The notes under the pieces were generated by a model, which searched no databases, was not told the DNA's origin, and was given only the letters and a program-made list of their open reading frames with translations. From positions 806,001-870,000 of the forward strand of contig NW_026782006.1 of the NCBI RefSeq assembly GCF_031769215.1: 64,000 nucleotides of DNA. Reading direction: 5' to 3'. Origin of the DNA: Ylistrum balloti. Lineage: Eukaryota. Position numbers and translations under genes: made by a program. Of the stretch, positions 40,001-52,300 are shown one piece after another (position 1 is the first letter of the stretch; each line of letters begins with the position of its first letter).

Positions 40001-43000
40001 TAACATTTCCCAATGAAACTATTTCACTACAAGCCGTTATAACATTTCCCCGTGAAACTATTTCACTACAAGCCGTTATAACATGAAACTATTTCACTAC
40101 AAGCCGTTATACGAAACTATTTCACTACAAGCCGTTATAACATTTCCCCACGAAACTATTTCACTGCAAGCCGTTATAACATTTCCCCGTGAAACTATTT
40201 CACTACAAGCCGTTATAACATTTCCCCGTGAAACTATTTCACTACAAGCCGTTTCCCCACGAAACTATTTCACTACAAGCCGTTATAATTTTCCCAGCGA
40301 AACTATTTCACTACAAGCCGTTATAACATTTCCCCGCGAAAATATTTCACTACAAGCCGTTATAACGTTTCCCCGTGAAACTATTTCACTACAAGCCGTT
40401 ATAACATTTCCCAATGAAACTATTTCACTACAAGCCGTTATAACATTTCCCCACGAAACTATTTCACTACCAGCCGTAATAACATTTCCCCGTGAAACTA
40501 TTTCACTACCAGCCGTTATGAAACTATTTCACTAACGTTATAACATTTCCCAATGAAACTATTTCACTACAAGCCGTTATAACCCCGACGAAACTATTTC
40601 ACTACAAGCCGTTATAACATTTCCCGTTATAACATTTGAAACTATTTCACTACAAGCCGTTATAACAACGAAACTATTTCACTACAAGCCGTTATAACAT
40701 TTCACTACCCGTTATAACATTTCCCCACGAAACTATTTCACTACAAGCCGTTTCCCCACGAAACTATTTCACTACAAGCCGTTATAACGTTTCCCCGGGA
40801 AATTATTTCACTACAAGCCGTTATAACATTTCCCCGGGAAATTATTTCACTACAAGCCGTTATAACATTTCCCGACGAAACTATTTCACTGCAAGCCGTT
40901 ATAACATTTCCCAATGAAACTATTTCACTACAAGCCGTTATAACATTTCCCCACGAAACTATTTCACTACAAGCCGTTATAACATTTCCCAATGAAACTA
41001 TTTCACTACAAGCCGTTATAACATTTCCCTATTTCACTACAAGCCGTTATAAATTTCCCAATGAAACGCGAAACTATTTCACTACAAGCCGTTATAACAT
41101 TTCCCAAGCCATTATAACATTTCCCCGCGAAACTATTTCACTACAAGCCGTTATAACATTTCCCCGTGAAACTATTTCACTAAAAGCCGTTATAACATTT
41201 CCCGACGAAACTATTTCACTGCAAGCCGTTATAACATTTCCCCGCGAAACTATTTCACTACAAGCCGTAATAACATTTCCCCGTGAAACTATTTCACTAC
41301 AAGCCGTTATAACATTTCCCGACGAAACTATTTCACTACAAGCCGTTATAACATTTCCCAATGAAACTATTTCACTACAAGCCGTAATAACATTTCCCCG
41401 TGAAACTATTTCACTACAAGCCGTTATAACATTTCCCAATGAAACTATTTCACTACAAGCCGTTATAACATTTCCCGACGAAACTATTTCACTGCAAGCC
41501 GTTATAACATTTCCCAATGAAACTATTTCACTACAAGCCGTTATAACATTTCCCCCCCCCCAGGAAACTATTTCACTACAAGCCGTTATAACATTTCCCG
41601 ACGAAACTATTTCACTACAAGCCGTTATAACATTTCCCCCCCCAGGAAACTATTTCACTACAAGCCGTTATAACATTTCCCAACGAAACTATTTCACTAC
41701 AAGCCGTTATAACATTTCCCCGTGAAACTATTTCACTACAAGCCGTTTCCCCACGAAACTATTTCACTACAAGCCGTTATAACGTTTCCCAGCGAAACTA
41801 TTTCACTGCAAGCCGTTATAACATTTCCCAATGAAACTATTTCACTACAAGCCGTTATAACATTTCACTACCAGCCGTTATAACATTTCCCCGCGAAACT
41901 ATTTCACTACAAGCCGTTATAACATTTCCCAATGAAACTATTTCACTACAAGCCGTTATAACATTTCCCCCCCAGGAAACTATTTCACTACAAGCCGTTA
42001 TAACATTTCCCAATGAAACTATTTCACTACAAGCCGTTATAACATTTCCCCCCCCCCCAGGAAACTATTTCACTACAAGCCGTTATAACATTTCCCCCAA
42101 GGAAACTATTTCACTACAAGCCGTTATAACATTTCCCAATGAAACTATTTCACTACAAGCCGTTATAACATTTCCCAATGAAACTATTTCACTGCAAGCC
42201 GTTATAACATTTCCCCCCCAGGAAACTATTTCACTACAAGCCGTTATAACATTTCCCAATGAAACTATTTCACTACAAGCCGTTATAACATTTCCCGACG
42301 AAACTATTTCACTACAAGCCGTTATAACATTTCCCAATGAAACTATTTCACTGCAAGCCGTTATAACATTTCTCCACGAAACTATTTCACTACAAGCCGT
42401 TATAACATTTCCCAATGAAACTATTTCACTAAAAGCCGTTATAACGTTTCCCCGCGAAACTATTTCACTACAAGCCGTTATAACATTTCCCAATGAAACT
42501 ATATCACTACAAGCCGTTATAACATTTCCCCGCGAAACTATTTCACTGCAAGCCGTTATAACATTTCCCAATGAAACTATTTCACTACAAGCTGTTATAA
42601 CATTTCCCCGCGAAACTATTTCACTACAAGCCGTTATAACATTTCCCCACGAAACTATTTCACTACAAGCCGTTATAACATTTCCCCGCGAAACTATTTC
42701 ACTACAAGCCGTTATAACATTTCCCCCACGAAATTATTTCACTACAAGCCGTTATAACATTTCTCCGGGAAATTATTTCGCTACAAGCCATTATAACATT
42801 TCCCCGTGAAACTATTTCACTACAAGCCGTTATAACATTTCCACGCGAAGCTATTTCATTACAAGCCGTTTTAAATTGAAAACCAAATTTTGAATTTCTT
42901 TGACGCTAGATTGAATACTGATAAACGACGTGTATAATTCAGGTGGACCTCGGTAATGTGACCAGAGTGTTCGGCATAGCCACACAGAGCTACAGGTCGT

Positions 43001-43444
43001 CATCTTACTATACACTAACCTACCAAGTCACTTACAGTCGCGATGGCAACATCTTCACGAACGCAACTGGTGCCAGCGGAAATGTGAGTTGTTCCTTTCT
43101 TCAGCTTTGAAGTAACTTCACTGCGTTAAAATTATTTTTCTTTTTTTTCTAATTTGTTATAATCATCATTGAGGCTTACAATAATGTTATGATCGACATA
43201 CTGAAATAACTGGTTTAGAAATCCATACTTTTTGTACTAGAAATCATAAATATATAATCCAGATAAACAATAAATTAGATTCTATTTTAAATTGCAGATT
43301 TTTTCCGCGAGTGCGAGTTACGACAGCATAATTAAACATGACTTGATGACGCCAGTTGTTGCCCGATTTGTCCGCTTCTATCCAAGATTGTGGCACACAG
43401 GAGGCAAGCCTGGACTCAGAGTGGAGGTGTACGGCTGCTACTGA
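34064..43444 (+). CDS. Paralogue D: secreted cubilin-NTD-like / He_PIG Ig-like / EGF / F5-8C protein, ~352 aa
   Basis: Exons 34064-34116 (MAALYAVFILLPTIVTS), 34205-34271, 34569-34655 (GC donor), 34986-35087, 35346-35535, 37483-37596 (EGF), 37690-37847, 42943-43083, 43298-43444 (VARFVRFYP..GLRVEVYGCY*). AATAAA at 43458. Confidence 0.88.
35840..37400. repeat. 45-bp minisatellite (~34 copies), very homogeneous, intron 5 of D
   Basis: Unit GATAGTATGGTAGTTATGTTATCAATTAGCAGGTATCTTTACACT. Confidence 0.97.
38092..42872. repeat. 39-bp minisatellite (~4.8 kb), intron 7 of D
   Basis: Unit GAAACTATTTCACTACAAGCCGTTATAACATTTCCCCGC, with truncated units and variable C-runs. Confidence 0.97.
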
Positions 43445-43457
43445 AAAGTCCTTTATT

Positions 43458-43463
43458 AATAAA
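43458..43463 (+). promoter_or_regulatory. Candidate polyadenylation signal of gene D
   Basis: AATAAA just after the stop codon; very close, so a later signal may be the one used. Confidence 0.35.
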
Positions 43464-44729
43464 TTTCTATAAAAACATTCAGTCACTTGTGTTCAGTCAT
43501 ATATCCAACAACAAATGCCAGAGGAAATGGGGACCTGTTGTCGTATATTTATTAGTTCTCATGTTCTGAATGGTATTGATGTAAGCAGCGATTTGAAACC
43601 GTCTCCTTTATGTGCCATTGACAGCGACAATTCACTATTCGACCAGTCGACGAAACCGTGTATTCTTCTGGCAAATTGATGGGACGCATTTTCCATCTAA
43701 TTTGTTTCATATTCCTCCACTCAAAAAACTGTTGTCTAGACTCTGTCTTTAAAGGAAACAGACGTTTTTAGAAAACTCACAGAAATGCAGTTTTCAAAGA
43801 CTGCTTGTGCAGAAGATAAAATCTTGAATACTTTTATATTTCCATATTATCAATTTCATCATGATATCTGTTAGATCTTTGTCCCTTTTCTCTTCTCAAA
43901 ATCACTGTCAGAACAATTATGCACAACCAGGGAGTAAGACATTTTTTTATAAATACTAAAAGTGACAACAATAAGAAAAATAGGGAAAATGACACAATAA
44001 TTTTTTAAAACAGACTTAACCTTTATAATCCAAATATCTGCTGGTGTCGAACATAGATAATCCATCAAGTTCACAATGTACACAGAATCGATTCTGTAGA
44101 GGTTTGTTATGTTTCTGTATTGTGAAGCTCTTTTCAGTAGTTCACCGACGTAAATGTAAGATAAGAGTACCAGCAAATTTAAAAGTGGACAGTGGATGCC
44201 ATCTGGAAACAATGAAGTTAAAATTTGGCAGGCACACCTATAATCAAGTCTGTCGTCATCCCTGTATTTTATCAGGGAGATATCTTAGAAATTCCTAGAA
44301 ATGAAATAACGGTAACCTCTTTAGAGCCATTATTCAAAATGGCTACAATTGTCAGTGTAGCTGGAAATGTACCATACTCATTTAAAACACATACAGAACA
44401 GGTTCATGATCTTTAAATCAGATCCTTTCATGGTTCTCCAGAGATGAACAGAGTAAGAAAAAATACTCTGGACAGACTAAGACATATACTCACAATTACA
44501 ATATACTTTGGTCAAATGAAATAAACTGAATTCGAGTGCTTGTTACCTGATTGACAATATCAATCGGCCTGATTAAGTCCTTCAATTATTTTTCTCAAAT
44601 TTCAATTTATAGATCTTGTCATTATGTATATTTCCATGTGATATAAGAAGTATTTTTTTCGATGATTGTGATCTTTAACCTGTTTACCATATAGAGAGCA
44701 TGGTATTGCCTTGATTGACTGAACACATA

Positions 44730-46010
44730 GTAACTGTTAATTTAAGAATCATCCAAAATTTTAAGCTACGAGAGCCTTCCATGAATTGGCCTAAATATTT
44801 GAACCCGTTAGGTTCATCATTCAGAATTAACATCTTGAAATGTAAGAACTTTTTTTATTATATTTCGTGTGTACAAAAGAACTAGGATTTCTTGATTATG
44901 AGGGATTGCCTATCTATACGTTATGCAATCTTTCCTAAGAAGAAATACTGTCTAACGTGCGACAATATTGCAATAATTTAAATTGCCTTTTAATGATAAG
45001 GATACGGACCTCCACTGTTAATATTTCTCGGGAATCCGTGTAAACCCAGATTTGATAGTACATTTTGTATTTAGAATGGCAGTTCTCAGTTTTGACAAAG
45101 GCTCGGTTTAACAGCTAAACGAGCCCACAATAAAACGTTACATGGTTCCTGTGAAGCTTTTTGACAATCTTCAGCACAACTCTAAGCATTTCTTTAATAA
45201 GAACATTTGATATCTCCACTGTACATTACCATACCCCATTCCAAACAGAAAGAATACCTTCAGCTCTTGTTACGATAGCTTTCCAAGAAAGGTGGACGGT
45301 GGTACAAATATATGGTTGTGAACTATACTATTTTTCGTGAAATCAAAGAAGAAGTAAGAAGGCGAAATCTGGTTGACAACATCAGTTGAGTTTGAAGGCA
45401 AGACCGTATAACAGACTTTTGGCAAACCTTTGAAAACTAACTGTTCCCCTCTGTTGGTTGACTTATTTTTTATTTCATACGAGGCTGAATTTATCGAGGA
45501 ACTTATCAAAACAGGCAACAAATACTTTGCAAAGTCGATCAGTTTCACTTTCAGAGATATCAAAGACATCTTGTCTTTGAATCAGAAATTTATTGACCAC
45601 GTCCATCGTATCAACCCACCAGAATTGGAAATCGAGGACACAACAGACTCTTCTACAATAGCTTTCTTATCTCGATCTTTACCTACAATGAACCAACATG
45701 GACAGTTTGACATCAAACTGTATGATAAGCGTAATGATTTCAATTTCCCTCGAGTAAAATTTCCATTTCTGGATAGAAACATTCCTGCATCTAAACTATG
45801 GTGTACACATGTCGCAGTTGATTCGGCATGTTCCCATTATCAAGACGTTCGAGCAAGACGTTTTTACTGGCGGACAAACTCTCAACACATTGTTTCAAAA
45901 GATGCAGATTGATGGAAATAATGGGAAAGTTTTACGGTCGTCATAGTGATGTCAATGACAAATATTCTATTTCCTTGTATGATATGAAGCTGGACGTGTT
46001 TGGATTGACC
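44730..46010 (+). mobile_element. Decayed Penelope-like element reverse transcriptase remnant
   Basis: Ordered degenerate motifs: KLREPSMNW (44760), TFDIST..TIPH (45204), DNI..FEGKTV, TNCSPLLVDLFF.SYEAEFI, FR(D)IKDILSLN..F.DHV.RINPPELEIEDTTDS, KLYDKRNDFNFP.VKFPFLD.NIP, KFYGRHSD. The catalytic YIDD is degraded and there are many frameshifts. Confidence 0.8.
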
Positions 46011-46345
46011 AAGATTTACATGGCGTGTGTCATCGATAAAGCAAAAGACCTTTACTCTTGCGGAACACCCTGTCTTATTTTCTTGTACTTTTTCAGAATC
46101 TCCGAGTATATCTTTCTTTTGTTCATAGCTTGCCCTAGTTTCATTGAATTTAAGATTGGTTTATGGTTATGTTGACATGTTAGTCTTGATTCTTGAAGCA
46201 AACGACATCATTCGGGAGCACAAAGCATTCATTTTCCTAAATTTTATCCAACAAAAATCTATCTTTTAAAGTTCAAGTTGCTGAGCTATATAAACAACTA
46301 AAAACGAGACTCAATGAAGCATCCTTTGTTTTAATATAGAAACGA

Positions 46346-49300
46346 TCATTCAGACCCGTACACATGGCATCCGTAGACTTCCACTTTTAAACAAGGTCTT
46401 CTTGAATAAGAGGTGGGATGGAAACGAATAAATCTAGCAACTATGGGCGTTGGTAGATTTTGGAAGTACGGGCTTGATGAATATCTCGCAAGAAATGTCT
46501 GAAAGGTAATTAAATATACATACATAGTCATTGAATAAACGGTTCTCATCATTCAGCTCTTTAATCGTTGTATGAATAGGCTATGCCAATTACACTATAC
46601 TGTACCAATTAAACATTAACAAACAACTAGTCGTTTGGAAAACTTCAGTAGAAATTTCATTATGTGATAAATAACACTTGGTGTTCCAAAAGTCGCTCAC
46701 TATCATATACTGCTATATATAATTATGCGATCACGACCATTAATAACAGGTAACATCGTGACAATGTTTTAACTGCTTGTTGACATTAATTTCAGCAAAG
46801 AATTTCTAGAAGATCAGAAGATTGCTGACATACACAGAGAACATGACAACTTTCCGATTTTTTAAAATTACAAAATGAAGCTGAAATTATTGGGGTGATT
46901 TGAGAGGCAAACGGTAGCTACTCTCTAACCCATACCATGATATTTATATACATAGCTTTTTTGTGTAAATATCATCTTTATACGATAGGATGTACATAAA
47001 CATATAGGTAATGGTTAGGCTACTCTCTAACCTATTGTATTGAAATTTGTTCAGACACATATTATTGCTGCAGTACTCTCTGAACCATTAAATTCATCTC
47101 TTTTAACCACAACTTTCATTAGATAAATAAGAAGATAAAAAAGTAACGAGATTTGCACGCAGTTATAAATCGCCTCTATGTTCCAGATTGAAAGCGAAAT
47201 ACAAGATAGTGCACATCGGCATCTATATCAAAAAACCATTTCACCCGATTCTAATTTTCTTAAATCTCCTAAGTTTAAATCCTTTAAGTATCACTATGAG
47301 TCATAGTCAATAGTACCTATAGATACAAATCATCAATACAAATTCAGGATTAGATACAGTAAAGACAGAAACTAACTGCATCATACAGCTGTTTTGTCCT
47401 TCTAGTCAGTGATGCTGAGAGTCCAGATTTTGGTGTAGTTTAATTCATTATTTGGCTACACTACTGTGTTTAATCTAAAACGTGTATCGAAACGTGCCAT
47501 TGTTAAAGACATCTTCCCTATACATACATAATCATTTCCGTTCGTGCCGTTGATTTTCTGGAAGATGTTACCGTCAGTGCTGCAGGCTAGGGTGTAGGCT
47601 GTCGTGTACTGGGAACGAGAATAGCCTTGGGTCATCACTCTGTAGATCCTAGTCAGGTTACCTGTCGTGGTAATCGTAAATAATTTCTCTTTTACACTTA
47701 AAGGTGTATTCTTTCGTGCCACATTTTAATTCATTCGACCAGTTTAGAATGTACACAACTACTTGAAATCGACCTAAATGATCTCATATATGAAAATTAT
47801 GGAATTTATGGAAATATGAGACTGGTGCACTTCAACATCTAGATTTTGACTTTTCTTTCGATCACTTTGGATTTTCCTCAGTCTTCAATCTTCAGTGATT
47901 AAATATGCGAGTTATAAACATCTCGGACAATGGGAGATACTGTTCGTCAATAGTAATCCTCTTTTACAATATAATTACGAGGTGCAAGGGTATAGCATTT
48001 TACAGTCGAGGACATCTCCAATTCTGACCTGTAGTCAAAAGTATGAGTCTTGATTTTCACCCTCAAGATATAGTTTAGCTGCAAATCAATATATCTGTTT
48101 CATTTTTTTTAAACTGAGTCAATCATTGAATTTAACTTTGATAAAAGCAATTTGAACTTAAATATCAAGTTTATGTTATTAACAAAAAAACATATTTAAT
48201 TGAGTGTTTCGCACTAATCATCAGACTTCGTTCGCATTATCCACAGGGAAACTAAGTCCAGAAAGGTTTTATGAAATGCTGCTAGAGTTCCTACACAAAC
48301 ACGTCTAGTATTGATATTAATAATCAAATACAGATATAACATATCAATTATTGCAAAGTCGAATACAGTAAATACAATGGAAATATAAACCACTTTGGAT
48401 AAGAGGAAACGCGTGTCCAATTTAGGCGAAAACAAACATTCATGTTTTCAAATGGAATCAGCGGATCAGATCATACATCTATTGAAAAATTCAATTTACT
48501 GTGATGAAATAACCTTAAAACAATGCAACGTTTGTAAAATATTGAACTGAGTTTTTCCTCCATGTAACTTTTTAATTAATCTTATTTGAATACTGGAACG
48601 GTTCAGAAAACGTCATTGAAATAATTCAATATTAAAAAATACGAAATTGATTGAATTTTCGGGTAAGTGCACCTCCCAATCTGTTTTTGGACAGTCATCT
48701 AAAGTAGGTGTAGACTTATGTAGGAATAAGATATATTATCAACCAGATTATTTGAAGAAGGGAAACGTACACGAGACACATAAGTGATAGTATCTTTTAA
48801 AACAAATAATAAGTCAGGTAAAGTATGCCAAAGAATGAATCATAGGAATCATATAGCTGCGAAGTCCTTCTGGGATTCGTCGGTGATGCTAAGGGCCTAC
48901 ATTTTGAAGCCTATGCGGCGACGGAGAAAACTACAAACTGATCGAAATATTAAAATCTAGGTCGGTGCTCCCTAATGCAATAAATTTCATAATTTCCATT
49001 GAACTGTCTGAATATTTCAGAAGAATTTTAAGTACACCTGTTAACGTCGTCAGGTGGCGCGCTGTGGTAAAACATTCGCTTCTCACTTAGCCGTCCGGGG
49101 TACGACAGGGAGTCACCAGCACGATTGTGTGGGTTTCCACACAAGACCATATCCACAGATAGAATTAGGTCAAGCCACATAAGAAAAACGTTCTTTTTTG
49201 TGTGTATACAGTACCATGTTCTTTCTCTACTTACCTAAATCGATCTGGAGCCATGAGTTGGAGTCTTCTCCACACCATCCGTAGCCGCTGGCGGCGTATC

Positions 49301-52300
49301 TACCATTGGATGGCAAAAGCGTACTGTAGGTTTGGTAGGCAGTCATCTGAGCGTCGGGTATGGTGTACCGGTGCTGTACACCAACAGCCCGACTAGTACA
49401 TGCTAGAAAAAGAGGGAGAAAACGATATTTCTATCAAACATAGGAACTCTTCTTCGTTTGAAAATCTGAGTTTGAAACAGAAAAAGGATTTCTATGTCCA
49501 ATTCATTGTTTTAATGATGTGACGTATCACTATGTCACTGAACAAATTTCTTGCTAAATGATATACAGTATAATGTATCATACAACAGGATGATCAGACA
49601 CCAAACCAGACATAAAAGGTAGAACAATATGAACGTAAAGAGATGTACCATACCATTCACAAAAAAAAAAAAAAAAACCCTCGGATGAAAGGATGCAGCC
49701 CAAATTGACATCTCCGCAAAAGTGGTAATTTCAGAATATTCGGTAAAATAGTCTACATTACGTTTATTACAGACTATGCCTTTATAAGTCTGCCTCCCTA
49801 AAGTTTTGATATATACATATAATTTAAGATATTGAAAAGTTTGGTCTTGGAATGAAATCACAAAAGACAAAGTGAATACATGTAGGCGATGTCTCGTGGG
49901 AACTGATCTTTCTCGCTAAGTGTTTTATATGTAGAGTTAATTGACAAATCATCCAGCAACCCCATCCATCCAAAGTTTCGGAAATCCGCTCCCCCTTTTT
50001 CTACAAAAATCTTGACTCCAGTACTCACGCTGTTTTACATACCGTATTCACACTTTTGGCCTCCGAAGGTTATTGTACAGTTACAGGTAAACCCTGCCTT
50101 CGTATCCGTACACTCTCCGTTGTTTTGACAAGGATTCGACGTACAATGATCAAATTCTGAAATATAGATTCAATTTACTTATCGTTGAAAAAACAGCACG
50201 TAGTAACCACATCTTTAATTAACCATATTATTATACATGTATAAATTACCAAACACATAAATTGAAGATTTCTATTTTATCTGATAACAAAATAATTTTA
50301 CAGAAATAATCATTTTCCACCACAATATATTGTCATAACAGTAAAGACAAGATACATTATACCTAATGTTTCCATCCTGAAAACAGCATCGGCGTATTTA
50401 TTATGCGAGTCTAATGCACGGATTGTGAATGAGTAGCTATTGGTTTCATCAGGAACCTCGCCCACCACGTGACCGGTTGTGCCGTTCAGCTTGATACCTG
50501 GTGGAAGATCTCCGGCGACAAGCGCGAAGGTGATGGTACCGCCTTCTGGATCCTCAAAGCGAATTCATATTTGTGGTATTTGTAAGTTGCTTCTAACGGT
50601 TACATTGAAAATAATACAATTCTACGACCACGGTATGGGATCGCTAAACATATATCTGTGTTTACATTGAATGCTTCACATATTCATGATAGTCGGATGT
50701 TATTTTAGTAGAAGACATAAATTTTTTAGAAATCTAGCAATAAAATCTAGTCGAGGAATTCCGACCAGCTGTAGTATCTAGTGTACTAACGTCACATTCA
50801 CTTTTGTGTACTTTCAGTGTATTGTATAAGTAGTACCTCTGCTTCAAGTTTCAAGTCAACCTTCTCTTCTCCTTTAAAGGTGCCGAAGAATCCAACATGA
50901 GCATGCGCAGACCAAACAGGTGGTAAACTAGTAGCAATCTTAAACATTTAAAAAAATCCATTTAAACAACCACTTAAACACGGACAAAAAAAGTTTTTCT
51001 ATAGACGGTTTCATCCAAATTTAGCAGTGTGTTTACTATCAAAAAGGATGTTCCTCCCATTAAGTGAATTTTACAGTTTAACCATAACAAAATCTAGAAT
51101 AATTGTCCTGTACAAGTAAACATACAAAGCAGATCGTCATTGTCGAATTACAGAACAGCATACATAACAATGGGCCAGTCAGCGTGAACGGTCACCTGAC
51201 TATAAAGATCTATAAATAACAGTAACAGTGGTAGTGGGAACAATGATTAAAGGATTAAAACAAATATCATATTAACTATTTAGTTAATAAAAAATACCAA
51301 CACTGTTCCAGTTTAGCTCCCCTTCCCCCTTCACTGCTTAATGATGCCATTGGAAATGAAGAAGCAGTTTTGTGTTTTGATTTCGGAACGCCAATAAAAA
51401 TATGTAAATTTTATCAGAACTATGGCAGGATCAATCACTAAAATTTTTAGATCAATCTCACTTGTGGAACTTGAGGATTTTAAAAAAAAATATGTGTTGT
51501 TGAAGAAATGAAAGATTTTGCAAACATGTTACAAAATGCCTCCCATTGCTTCCATGTTGAACACCCTCTCATTATTCCTACCAATTTTCAGCTGAATAGT
51601 ATCAGTGGAACAGGAGAAGAAGTAAACAATTTTCAGACGGTGACTGACCCTTAAAATTAGACCAGTGGTTACATCTAAGGATCAATCCTGGCAAGTTCCA
51701 ACTGAATACTGCCGGTAGAACTGGACAGGAAGTTTAATATGTGAAGACTGGGAATCACCACCACTTAACTCACTTCATTTCTTGTTGGATATAGAGAATA
51801 TTCCGCAAAGTTACTAGACTCAGGTCAGTTGTGTGGTATGGTTGAGACCATCGATCTCGCGTACCACAAGTATGATACAGAGAAGATATATGAGCTCTGA
51901 GTACAATATATCACCTGGGAATGGATAAAGTAATATTACCTGGATAATGTGACGTAGGTCTACGTCCTCCAAGTACACAGAACCTCCATTTGGTCCGGGC
52001 AGTACGTGCAAGTCCTGGGTCATACGACCAGCCTGCCAACAAAGGATAGATTTAAAATGACCAGCCTGCCAACAAAGGATAGACTTACACTGACAAGCCT
52101 GCCAACAAAGGACAGACTTACAACGACAAGCCTGCCAACAATGGATAGACTTACAATGACCAGCCTGCCAACAAAGGATAGACTTACAACAAGCAGCCTG
52201 TCAACAAAGGATAGACTTACAACAACCAGCCTGCCAACAAAGGATAGATTTACAACAACCAGCCTGCCAACAAAGGATAGGCTTACAATGACCAGCCTGC

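Noticed and set aside
38151-42571. Repeat ORFs (GNVITACSEIVSR)n and (ETISLQAVITFPR)n
   Set aside because: 39-bp array artefacts in intron 7 of D.
49053-49130. Functional tRNA gene
   Set aside because: No intact T-arm/B-box or acceptor stem; at most a SINE relic.
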